Source of the DNA: a virus | IMG/VR virus record: IMGVR_UViG_3300017746_000001 | Coordinates: 1 to 64,000 of that record | Strand: one strand, 5' to 3' | Length of the DNA stretch: 64,000 nucleotides | Shown here: positions 27,441 through 36,351 of the stretch, one piece after another | Numbering within the stretch: the stretch's first letter is position 1 | How the letters are laid out: each line of letters begins with the position of its first letter | Program-made: the position numbers and the translations under genes | Notes under the pieces: generated by a model | What the model saw: only the letters and a program-made list of their open reading frames with translations | Databases searched by the model: none | What the model was told of the DNA's origin: nothing

Positions 27441-28205
27441 GTGGATAATCCTCCCTCTAGATTGATAAAACGCATGGATGCCCTTATTGACGGCATCAGA
27501 AGTGGTCATCTTGTGATTTGTGGTCAGACCAGATACGGAAAAAGCACAGCAGCCATGTGGTTCTATCTTAATCAGAATCTATTTGATGGTAGAAAGAGCG
27601 CAACACATATTTTCTTTGATACTAAACATGATGATGACATACTACAACATGGATTTGTCGCGAAAAGTATTGAGGACTTGACATACTATCTAAGTTTGAA
27701 GCCTAAAAGAATTATTTATCGGCCACCAGGGACTACTGAAAGAGAAATACACCTTACTAATGTTGTAAATTTGTTATTCAAAAATAAAGAAAAGGCCCGA
27801 TACAAGGGGTGTGCTTATGCACTTTTCATAGATGAAGTTCAATTGTACGCTCGTAAGGGGAGTCGCCACGAAGGATTGGAGAGGCTTTCAACAACGGGTG
27901 CAGGAAAGAGCATCCACGGCATTGTAATCGGACAGAGATTACAAGATATTCACGAGCAGACACTATCTCAATGCAATAGTCGTATGGTTTTCTTTATGCA
28001 AGAACGGCCTGAATACCTCAAATCTCGGTTGATGAGTGATCTAGTGAATTGGATGGACTGGTTGAAGGAGAATCCCTATTATTTTGCATTTCAAACTCTT
28101 GCGTCTGTGGACTGGCAATTACACGCCCCCGTCCCTTTACCCGCAAAACCAATCGACCCTTATTCCGATAAGTTCGCTCCGCCCCCTTCAAGAAGAAGGT
28201 ATTGA
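27441..28205 (+). CDS. A32/P9-like FtsK-HerA superfamily genome-packaging ATPase
   Basis: Walker A GQTRYGKS, FFDTKHD, Walker B LFIDEVQ and GIVIGQRLQDI...SQC. Stand-alone ~250-aa size is typical of tailless icosahedral viruses. Confidence 0.8.
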   Translation: MDNPPSRLIKRMDALIDGIRSGHLVICGQTRYGKSTAAMWFYLNQNLFDGRKSATHIFFDTKHDDDILQHGFVAKSIEDLTYYLSLKPKRIIYRPPGTTEREIHLTNVVNLLFKNKEKARYKGCAYALFIDEVQLYARKGSRHEGLERLSTTGAGKSIHGIVIGQRLQDIHEQTLSQCNSRMVFFMQERPEYLKSRLMSDLVNWMDWLKENPYYFAFQTLASVDWQLHAPVPLPAKPIDPYSDKFAPPPSRRRY

Positions 28206-28241
28206 ACCATTTCGGTATAATAGCTTCAAAAGCACCTGCAA

Positions 28242-29744
28242 TCAATTCATCTCATCCCTGAATGATTCTTGTATGGGCTTTGACTTTTGTATTTCATCAG
28301 TCCTAAGTAAAGATATTGCGTTTTCAGTTGCAGTCCCCATACTAGATAGAACTAGAGTCAACGGCTCTTGGACATGATTCATGTCTTCAATTGATTCGGT
28401 TCTAGGATTGACCCCTAGGTTTGGATTCAAGGATAATTCGAACATAGTATCAATTATATCCATTGAAGCCGTTTCTGCTAGAGTTTTTGGTATTACCATC
28501 AAGGCTTCTGCAAACGCTAGTTTTGCTAAGTCTGCTCTTGATGACTCCATTGGCTCGGAGTGTTTTATTGCTTGAGCCATTCTTGCTTGAATTGAACCCG
28601 CCCCTGGTACTGTCTTAGGATTCTTGGCCGTAATGTAAGCAACTCCTATGGCATCATCCATCGCTCTAGAAAATTCTGCTGCTGTTTGTTCTGTTTGAGC
28701 AGGTAGTATGATAGAGGCTACTTTTGTGTTGCTCCCTACTACCTGAATGTATGGATTGGGTCCTTCTTGCCCCCTTATTGTGCATACACCATCCCCTAGT
28801 TCTTCTTCCATTATGTCTGCAAGGTCAGTTACAACCTCACCTTCCGTTGCTTTGGCTACTCTGTGCATGTCACTTTTTCTGATGTTCCTTACTGCCATCA
28901 TTCCTTTTCTTCTGAAATGTTGTATGGCTTTTGAGTCCATTCCTTTCTGACACAATACGATTTTGATGCCCATGTCGTCAATTGCTTTCAGCCTCTCTTC
29001 CATATATGCTGCTTGGACTTGAGCTACTTGCGCTATTCTAGTAGGGTCGGCAAGAGAGATGTTAGCTTGAGGAGGCCCTAGTTCCTCATCTAGTAGCAAT
29101 ACCTTTCCTGAAAAGTTGGTTTCTTCTGTAGGGAAGGAGTTCTGCTTTAATAGGACAACACCTTCTATCAGTTCTGCATCGCTTGGATCGCCTGGACGAC
29201 CAATTAACTTGATATTATCTGGCGTGGCGGCTTCTGCGGCTTTAGCACATATGTCGCTTAGAATATCGATGTAGTCTTCCGCAGATTTTCCAGTAATGGC
29301 GGTCTTCGCTACTTTTTTTGCGGCATCATACGGTGAATCTCCCGTAGTGGCGTTTTGTTCTGCTACATCAGTTGCGATTTCTAATGCTGCACGATAGCCT
29401 TTGGTTATTGCATTTGGTTGAACACCCTTTTCTATCAATTCCCATGCAAGTTTGAGAAGTTCTCCGAGAAGGACTACTGTAGTTGTAGTGCCGTCGAATA
29501 CTGCTTTCTCTTGGGCTTTGGCGACTTGAGCGACAATTCTTGCCACTGGATCTCTGTCGTGCCTCATCTTTAGAATTGTAGCGCCATCATTAGTCAGTAG
29601 GAACTCTCCCATCCTATCGACGAGCATTTTGTCATGCCCCAATGGCCCTAGTGTTGAGCGTACCCTTTCAGCCACTTCTTGCGCTTTCTCGACAATGTGC
29701 TTCTGTGCATCTCTTCCCTTTAGTGTCTCAAACTCGTCGTCCAC
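28242..29744 (-). CDS. Group II chaperonin (thermosome-like) subunit
   Basis: STLGPLGHDKMLVD, TNDGATIL, DGTTT, AKTAITGK, VPGAG, FAEAL..IPKTLAE and AISLLRTD. Confidence 0.95.
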   Translation of the reverse strand: MDDEFETLKGRDAQKHIVEKAQEVAERVRSTLGPLGHDKMLVDRMGEFLLTNDGATILKMRHDRDPVARIVAQVAKAQEKAVFDGTTTTVVLLGELLKLAWELIEKGVQPNAITKGYRAALEIATDVAEQNATTGDSPYDAAKKVAKTAITGKSAEDYIDILSDICAKAAEAATPDNIKLIGRPGDPSDAELIEGVVLLKQNSFPTEETNFSGKVLLLDEELGPPQANISLADPTRIAQVAQVQAAYMEERLKAIDDMGIKIVLCQKGMDSKAIQHFRRKGMMAVRNIRKSDMHRVAKATEGEVVTDLADIMEEELGDGVCTIRGQEGPNPYIQVVGSNTKVASIILPAQTEQTAAEFSRAMDDAIGVAYITAKNPKTVPGAGSIQARMAQAIKHSEPMESSRADLAKLAFAEALMVIPKTLAETASMDIIDTMFELSLNPNLGVNPRTESIEDMNHVQEPLTLVLSSMGTATENAISLLRTDEIQKSKPIQESFRDEMN

Positions 29745-29798
29745 GAGTGTTTCAACCGTCTTTGCCGTTTAATTGCTATCTAATCTCAATGCTGAATG

Positions 29799-29889
29799 AA
29801 ACATTCTAGACGGAGTGACCGCTACCAACCGAACTAAACATACTGGATGGTGTGACCGCTACCAACCGAACTAAACATGCTAGACGGAG
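29799..29889. repeat. 37-bp-period direct repeat (~2.4 copies) upstream of the chaperonin
   Basis: GTGACCGCTACCAACCGAACTAAACAT is exact at 29815-29841 and 29852-29878, with CTAGACGGAG partial copies on the flanks. Confidence 0.85.
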
Positions 29890-29895
29890 AATGAA

Positions 29896-32800
29896 TCACG
29901 CCTTTGATTTGCTAATCTGTTCTGGAGACAATTGGTAATTCTTGAATTTAGCCTTGTATTCCGGTATTTGTTTGTTCAGAGCTTCATTGATTGACTTTGT
30001 TCTTTCACGCAAAGGTGCGTTTCCTTCGGTCTTGTCTAAGAATGCCCCCTCGGCTTCCACGAATATGTCCTCAATCTCGGATTCAATTTCAGTTATGTTT
30101 CTAGCAACTTCCTCACTATCTATACGATCTGTATTATTGAAGTGGAACCAATCTATTCTATCACCCATTACCGTGAAGTGGTCTTGTATTCCCAAAACCG
30201 TGAATAGGCCATGATATACTTTGAAATCATCAGGGCTTGTTTGAGAAGGCTCCCATGCCCTCGGGTGCGTATGGAAGAATGCTGTTGCCCCTTCTAGTAT
30301 GTAGCCAGTCACCATTGCCTCGTTTACTGTTTTTTTCCCTTTTCTAAAATGTAGTTTCCCGTCTTTTATCCAGCCAGATGCTTCTCCGAAGTCCTGTACC
30401 TTTTCTGCTAGTTGCATGAATAGTTTCTCTGATCCAATCGGCCCTCTCAGTTTTTCCGTCTTGAACTTCTGGCTCTCTTCGGATTTAGTCATCGTTTTAC
30501 CAAAGTCCTCTAGATAGTAAATCGCCTCTTTATCCATTCCAGGGTTTGTCAGATATTCCTTTACAGAGTAAGGGTTCTTTTTCTTGGTCTTATCCTTTTG
30601 CGCCTGAATTGCTTGCTTCTTTTCTTTACTGGTTTGAGGATGGGTTCTTCCTGAAAGAGATTTGATTAGTTTTTTACTTAGAACGCTTTGAACTTGTTTT
30701 ACCTTGTTCTTACTTTTTTGAGGCTGCTCCTGTTTCTTAAGTTCATTTTGTGGTGGAGAAGATGTGGGCTTTTGTGTATTTTGTGGTGGAGAAGATGTGG
30801 GCTTTTGCTTGGCTAGCCAGTCGTCAAACTCTTGCATACCCTCGCCTTGTTTTAATTTATTGAATATATCTTGAGGTATGTTCCCTTCTATCTTTGCCTT
30901 ATTTTTTTTGTTAAAGGCTTCCTTAAGTTCCTTTGGAAGAGGGGGCCGATGATTAGGATTGTTTTTGGGTTTTTTCTTCATCACTCCTCCAACTGATTTC
31001 AAATCCTCTATGATTTGCTCTTGTTCTTTCTCAGTCATCGTATGAACCTTGTATATGTATGCCACACTTTGTCTCAAGTGAATAGAAGTTCCTTCTCCGT
31101 AAGGAGTGTGCATCGTGAACCACATGTTGTCGAAGTTCTCCGACTTCCAAGAATAATTCTTCTTTTCTAGACCGATGAATGCGTCTAATGTGTCTTCGAA
31201 TTTTATTGGAACTCGAAGCGAGTATGAATGGATAGATGTTCCTTCTGGGGGATTTGTCTTAATTCTGAATGCCTTACTTACTGCTTCTGCTAACATAATA
31301 TAGTAGTCATGTATCGATAATTTTTGATTTACAAGTATTGCAAGTGCTTTATTGCCTGCAGACGATTGGAATTGTAGTCTCTTCCCCAATGCTGTGCTTC
31401 CTTTCAGATGCTCAGTTGCTACTTGTAAGCCCGTTGAATCAGATATGAAGAGAGCGATTTGGTCCATCAGTAGTAATGATGAGGCAGAACTGCTTGGTGC
31501 AACTACAGTTATGTCGAATTCTCCCTCTGATTGCATCAACTCTAGATATGTTGCACCGGAAGACATTGCTGCATTCTCTATAGTAGGGATTCCTGATGCT
31601 CGTAGTTCCCTACTTATTTGGTTCCCAATGACTTTTGTTTTACCTCCTGCATTAATTTGTATTTGTTGAGGTGGATTCACCTTCCAAGATTCGCCCAGTA
31701 GTGGATCTCCACCGAAGATAGACTCTCCCTCATCGGACTTCCTGGTTTGAATAGCCTGTTGCTGTAGCTTAGGACCACCCGTTCTTGGGTTTAGCCCACT
31801 TGGAATTCTAGTTCCCTTCTTTACTACATAGTTGTACTTCTTCTTATTGGCAATCCTGAAATCTCCTTCTATGTGCTTCTTGGCTATCTCTTCAAAGGTT
31901 TTCATGTCATTTTTCGCGGCGGTTTCGCTTGTGTAGCCTACTGTTGCTACGAACCAGGTGTCCTCACTTGGAGCATAGAATACCTTTCGCCCTGTTGCTG
32001 GATTCTCAATTTCTATTGCTTGACCAGACATTGATTGTGTTAGGGGATTGGCCTTGGGTTGTTTGTAGTCTGATTCCCAAGGGAACGGAACTGGTTCTCC
32101 CGCTAACCGCCTTGTATATTCTCTTTTTCCACCTTCGGAACCAAAGAATTCTCGCTCTCGGGTTTCATGGATATACTTGTGGCTGATTGATTGAGGGTTG
32201 TCGCAAGTACAATATCCAGCAGGAGGAGGGATTTTGGCTCCTTTGGTTCTAGGTTCTCCATCCCATGTGGATTCGTAAAATAGGCCGCCGCAAGTACAGC
32301 GTTCTATGCGTTTCCCGTTTTCATCTAAGAATACGGGGTTGTCTTGTACTGTTTGTTTCTCTAATTTTGCGTGGAGTTTTTTGATTCGAGGATGCCAAGG
32401 GATTCTTTCTCCTTTCTCGGCTCTTGCTTTCTTTCTTGCTTGTTTCCGTAATACTTCTTTTCCAGATTCGGATTTCAACAGGGCTTGGATTACTTTTCTG
32501 GGCAAGCATAATCGAGGTTTGCCCGATTTTGTTTGTGTGCCTTCTGCTCCGCATTTTTCTGAATAATCAATTTCACCTTTGTTGTTTACCTTTACAGATC
32601 TCCAGTCTTGACTTATCCAACTGAATGACTGATACCCTGGTGCCATAGGATTTGATTTGATTCCACTTCTCTCTTGCCACTCATACGACACATCATCCTC
32701 GTCTATTGGGCCTCCTGCAGCCCATGTGAAGCAGGTTCTTGCTGAATGGCACTTGAAGTGGTGCATCCAACAGTAGCCCAAGTAGCCGTCCTCATCCTCT

Positions 32801-35800
32801 ATGTCCTGGGAGACTGGCCCAGGCATACAGTCCAACATTCTTGGAGAAATGTCGAAAGCAACGCAGTTCGAACACTTTGACTTCTTGGCTGTAGCTACAT
32901 CTGTGTTCCAATGCTCTGCAGCATCTTCGTAGTATTTCTCGTCTGATAGGTTGAGTGGCCCGTATCTGATGTAGTCGGTCTTGATTGCACTATTCCTGTT
33001 CTTCGTGTTCAGTTCTAGATCTTGCGTAGCAGGAGGACAATCCATCGGAGGATTTGTCTTTGTCGGCCATTCAGATTTCGGCCTTCCAGAGCCGTAATCT
33101 TCGTCCCAACGGCCACCCCATGGGTCAAACTCTTCTTCGATGTATGCAACCTTAATCATTTCAGGAGAAATTGTGTCTGGACCCTTTGTTTCATCGTAGC
33201 CTTTGGTCCTGACAACATAGGATTCAGGAGGGTCTTTCATGTAAAAGGGCGTATCAGGGAGTGCGAAGATGTCTAATTCGCTTGCGTCAATTTCAAGCAC
33301 TACTGGCTTTTCATTATCTCCATCTTCAAAGTGATACAGCATCCTCGCTGCGCCTCTTGCATAGTCAAGAGCCCCACTTTTTGTTTTGGTCACAAATAAG
33401 CCGTGGGCTTTAGCAGAGCCGTCCTTTTTCCCCTCTTTCATGTATTTCTTTGCAAATCGCATTGATGTGCCGTGATAAAATGGGCCACTAGGTCTTTCTG
33501 AACCTTCAAGTTTGACGAAATTCGGAGGATTCCTATCTGCGGGGATTGACCCAGATAGACTTGTCTTTACTTTTAGTTCTCCAGTTAATGAGAACATAGC
33601 AAGATAGTGGTCGAAACTTTTCTTGAGAGATGGTTTATTCCATAAAATCCATTTCGATAAAGCACCTGCAGTAGTGAAATCTTCCCAATCTTCTCTTTTA
33701 GAATGGCGACTGTCGTATTGTTTCTTTCGCTCTGGATCATTATGTATTGTATAGTCCGAATAGGTCTTAGCACCAAAGTGAGTTGTCTTCTTTCTCCCGT
33801 CAGAGAATGAGAATACTGCTCGTAGCTTCTTATCCTTCTTCGGAGAACCGTCAATCACCACATGGACTCGGTTTAGTTCGTCTAGCTTATTCTTTAGCCA
33901 CCTGTATGTCTTGGGGGCTTTCTGTTTGAGTTTTGCTCGACCTTCACCTATTCCTGGAATGTAATATATGCTTTGATATTGCTTACTTGCTTCCTTGATT
34001 TTGTTTAGATCGTTTGACATCTTGCGTATGTTGCTTTCGTGTTCTTTGTCTGAATAGTAGGAGTCTGCTGTCGTCTTGGGCTTCTTTTTTGTTCTAAGCC
34101 CGATTGCATTCGGCTCATCTCGTATTTTCGCTTGACCCCCTTTTCCTTCTCTAAGGTCGTTGTCGCCAAATACGAAAAGAGTATTCTTGTTTTTCCTAAC
34201 ATACTCTGGTGTGATTTTCTTAGGAGGATTCATCTTGTATTCATCAACTTTTAATCCATAAGAACCATCAAGTCCTCTTTCAGTCAAGCGCATTGCGAGG
34301 AACTTACCTGCGTATGTTTCCCATACGAAGGGCGGTGCGTTGAGTGCAGAGGTAGCCATTCCCTCTGCGACATATGCTGGATATTCCAATTGTTCAAACG
34401 CTTGACGGTCCCCTTTAGCATATCGGTCTATTTGTTGAGGGCTGTATTCGAGTATTGTGGCTTCGTGCATAGCCTCATGTGCAATCGTTGAGACTGGTAT
34501 GTGATAGCCCCACCATTCGAGGAACCTTTTTTTATCTTCTTCTTGCATGTCAAATTGCTTTGCTAATCTGCGCCCAAGATGCATGATTGATACAAGGTCG
34601 ATGTTGCTTTCAAAGCCCTTTACGGGGATGATTTTCACATTATACACTTTACCGTCTTTGTAATTGACTCTTATAGCGACATGCCCGCCTCCTATTTCTT
34701 GAACACCGTCCTTCAATGAGATAACGCCCGTAGGGTTTGATTTTGTGGTTGGAACATACCTCATGTGATAATTAATGAATCCATTGTAGGATTTTTGCGC
34801 CCATCCGTCTTTTGCTACTGTTCTTTTTGCTACTGGCGCTCTGGTCACTTCTTCACCGCATGATTCACAAGTGTAGGTTTTCTTGTCTAATTTTTCTCTT
34901 TTTCCTGTACCGGATTGAATCCATGATGGATCTATTGAATCCCATTTTGCCACTAACTGTGCTTTTGGTTTCTTACACCCTTCATGTGTAGCGTACCAAT
35001 ACCATTCACCAGGTACAGACATTGTAGGAGGGTTTGTTATAGCCATGTTTGAGATTACCCTAGAGTGAATCTTAGATGCAGTCTGCTTTAGTTTGCCGTA
35101 TTTGTTTCTGATAATATAATCGAAGTTGTGTTTTTTGTAGTTTTTCTCCATCAAATTTCCTGATTTGATTCTTTGTTCAACAATCTTCTCTGGTTCTTTT
35201 CTTGACCTTATGATTTTTCTCCATTCATCTATCGGTCTATCGAGGGGAAGATATATCGAGAAGATTGGTGCTATTTCTGCTTTTCTCATTCTTTCTAGTG
35301 CCTTGAATGACTGATCTATAATCACGATAGGCGTTGCTGTCAAGTCAGATATTCTTCTCGCATATTTCTTCCCCCCGTAGTTCTCGAAGACGAGGTCTGT
35401 TCCGTTAGGAGCAGTAAATTCCCCCGATTCCCTCATCTTCTCGAACTTTGCATCAGTCACGGTCTTTATGTCAATGCCCTGCTTCTCATTGACCCTCTTT
35501 CCCCTTGTGGTGTATGTTCGGGCGAGGGAGGCCTTTTTTCCAAATAACTTCTTGAGTTCCTTCTGAACGCTGCTTTTCCCCATGCCAGAAGGCCCAGAGA
35601 TGGAAATAATCAACTGAGGCGGGAGTAGGTCTGCTAAAGGTGTGGGTGATACCTTTCGTGGTTGGACGGTGACAGGTGGGTTCCAAACTACCTCTCCTTT
35701 GGGGCTTAGAATCTCCAAGTGTGGAATCTTCTTCCCAAGTAGGGCCATTGCGTAGTTCCGGTGATTGCCTTCTCTGCCGATGCTTGGGTACATCAATCCG

Positions 35801-36351
35801 TTTTTCTCGATTGAATTCAACAATTCTGGTGACACCCATTTTCGTGCTTGCTTTCCAATTCTGACTTGATTCTGGTCTTTTTTGGATATTCCGAATGCTT
35901 CTTGTAATGCCAAGAATTTCTCATCAGTCATTTTGGCGACTTTGTAAGCCATTCTTAGGTCATCTGCCGATACAAGTTCTTGTATTCCAATGTGCCTCAA
36001 TTCATTAGGATTTATCAAGACTGCACGATATAGGGCGTCTTCTGCCTTTCCAGGTAATCCATAACCGCCATCTTCGATGCTTCTAAAGTGATGAATTGCG
36101 TCCTCTTTCAGTGATGTTCCGACTGGCCCATATTCCTTTTCCATTGCGATAATCATGCGCCCTGTTTCATCTCCAGGCAGTTCATCAAATTTGTAGATTC
36201 GTCCTGGTTCGAAGTCGAAGTGGGTTGTGTATGGTATTTCTTGTGGGTTGAAGGAAATCGTAGGAGATATTAGATCCGCATACAGCAGGTGCGGGTGCTT
36301 TATTGCAGCATTACCTGGAAAGAACGGTGAGCCTTCTCTCGGGTCTTTCAA
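29896..36351 (-). CDS. 2151-aa multi-domain polyprotein with NP-delimited modules
   Basis: EGNHR (ParB/Srx-like), ISGPSGMGKS+TTR (guanylate-kinase-like), CESC Zn ribbon, HEAMH, FVFGDN..GKGGQA, HFGA..YSDYT..H, YHGTS..GLFVT (ART-like), CPPATQD Cys/His module and HTHP..SPDD (JAB). Confidence 0.8.
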   Translation of the reverse strand: MKDPREGSPFFPGNAAIKHPHLLYADLISPTISFNPQEIPYTTHFDFEPGRIYKFDELPGDETGRMIIAMEKEYGPVGTSLKEDAIHHFRSIEDGGYGLPGKAEDALYRAVLINPNELRHIGIQELVSADDLRMAYKVAKMTDEKFLALQEAFGISKKDQNQVRIGKQARKWVSPELLNSIEKNGLMYPSIGREGNHRNYAMALLGKKIPHLEILSPKGEVVWNPPVTVQPRKVSPTPLADLLPPQLIISISGPSGMGKSSVQKELKKLFGKKASLARTYTTRGKRVNEKQGIDIKTVTDAKFEKMRESGEFTAPNGTDLVFENYGGKKYARRISDLTATPIVIIDQSFKALERMRKAEIAPIFSIYLPLDRPIDEWRKIIRSRKEPEKIVEQRIKSGNLMEKNYKKHNFDYIIRNKYGKLKQTASKIHSRVISNMAITNPPTMSVPGEWYWYATHEGCKKPKAQLVAKWDSIDPSWIQSGTGKREKLDKKTYTCESCGEEVTRAPVAKRTVAKDGWAQKSYNGFINYHMRYVPTTKSNPTGVISLKDGVQEIGGGHVAIRVNYKDGKVYNVKIIPVKGFESNIDLVSIMHLGRRLAKQFDMQEEDKKRFLEWWGYHIPVSTIAHEAMHEATILEYSPQQIDRYAKGDRQAFEQLEYPAYVAEGMATSALNAPPFVWETYAGKFLAMRLTERGLDGSYGLKVDEYKMNPPKKITPEYVRKNKNTLFVFGDNDLREGKGGQAKIRDEPNAIGLRTKKKPKTTADSYYSDKEHESNIRKMSNDLNKIKEASKQYQSIYYIPGIGEGRAKLKQKAPKTYRWLKNKLDELNRVHVVIDGSPKKDKKLRAVFSFSDGRKKTTHFGAKTYSDYTIHNDPERKKQYDSRHSKREDWEDFTTAGALSKWILWNKPSLKKSFDHYLAMFSLTGELKVKTSLSGSIPADRNPPNFVKLEGSERPSGPFYHGTSMRFAKKYMKEGKKDGSAKAHGLFVTKTKSGALDYARGAARMLYHFEDGDNEKPVVLEIDASELDIFALPDTPFYMKDPPESYVVRTKGYDETKGPDTISPEMIKVAYIEEEFDPWGGRWDEDYGSGRPKSEWPTKTNPPMDCPPATQDLELNTKNRNSAIKTDYIRYGPLNLSDEKYYEDAAEHWNTDVATAKKSKCSNCVAFDISPRMLDCMPGPVSQDIEDEDGYLGYCWMHHFKCHSARTCFTWAAGGPIDEDDVSYEWQERSGIKSNPMAPGYQSFSWISQDWRSVKVNNKGEIDYSEKCGAEGTQTKSGKPRLCLPRKVIQALLKSESGKEVLRKQARKKARAEKGERIPWHPRIKKLHAKLEKQTVQDNPVFLDENGKRIERCTCGGLFYESTWDGEPRTKGAKIPPPAGYCTCDNPQSISHKYIHETREREFFGSEGGKREYTRRLAGEPVPFPWESDYKQPKANPLTQSMSGQAIEIENPATGRKVFYAPSEDTWFVATVGYTSETAAKNDMKTFEEIAKKHIEGDFRIANKKKYNYVVKKGTRIPSGLNPRTGGPKLQQQAIQTRKSDEGESIFGGDPLLGESWKVNPPQQIQINAGGKTKVIGNQISRELRASGIPTIENAAMSSGATYLELMQSEGEFDITVVAPSSSASSLLLMDQIALFISDSTGLQVATEHLKGSTALGKRLQFQSSAGNKALAILVNQKLSIHDYYIMLAEAVSKAFRIKTNPPEGTSIHSYSLRVPIKFEDTLDAFIGLEKKNYSWKSENFDNMWFTMHTPYGEGTSIHLRQSVAYIYKVHTMTEKEQEQIIEDLKSVGGVMKKKPKNNPNHRPPLPKELKEAFNKKNKAKIEGNIPQDIFNKLKQGEGMQEFDDWLAKQKPTSSPPQNTQKPTSSPPQNELKKQEQPQKSKNKVKQVQSVLSKKLIKSLSGRTHPQTSKEKKQAIQAQKDKTKKKNPYSVKEYLTNPGMDKEAIYYLEDFGKTMTKSEESQKFKTEKLRGPIGSEKLFMQLAEKVQDFGEASGWIKDGKLHFRKGKKTVNEAMVTGYILEGATAFFHTHPRAWEPSQTSPDDFKVYHGLFTVLGIQDHFTVMGDRIDWFHFNNTDRIDSEEVARNITEIESEIEDIFVEAEGAFLDKTEGNAPLRERTKSINEALNKQIPEYKAKFKNYQLSPEQISKSKA
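30745..30807. repeat. 33-bp tandem duplication (QKPTSSPPQN twice)
   Basis: ATTTTGTGGTGGAGAAGATGTGGGCTTTTG occurs twice. Confidence 0.9.

Noticed and set aside
27441-28205. Terminase large subunit or conjugative VirB4
   Set aside because: Too short, with no nuclease domain and no T4SS genes; the motif layout fits A32-like packaging ATPases.
29799-29889. Mini-CRISPR array
   Set aside because: Only two full repeats; the 10-bp intervening sequences resemble each other and are too short for spacers; no cas genes.
29896-36351. Inteins explaining the large size and Asn-containing junctions
   Set aside because: No C/S-start with HN-C/S/T end and no LAGLIDADG motifs; the junctions are Asn-Pro.
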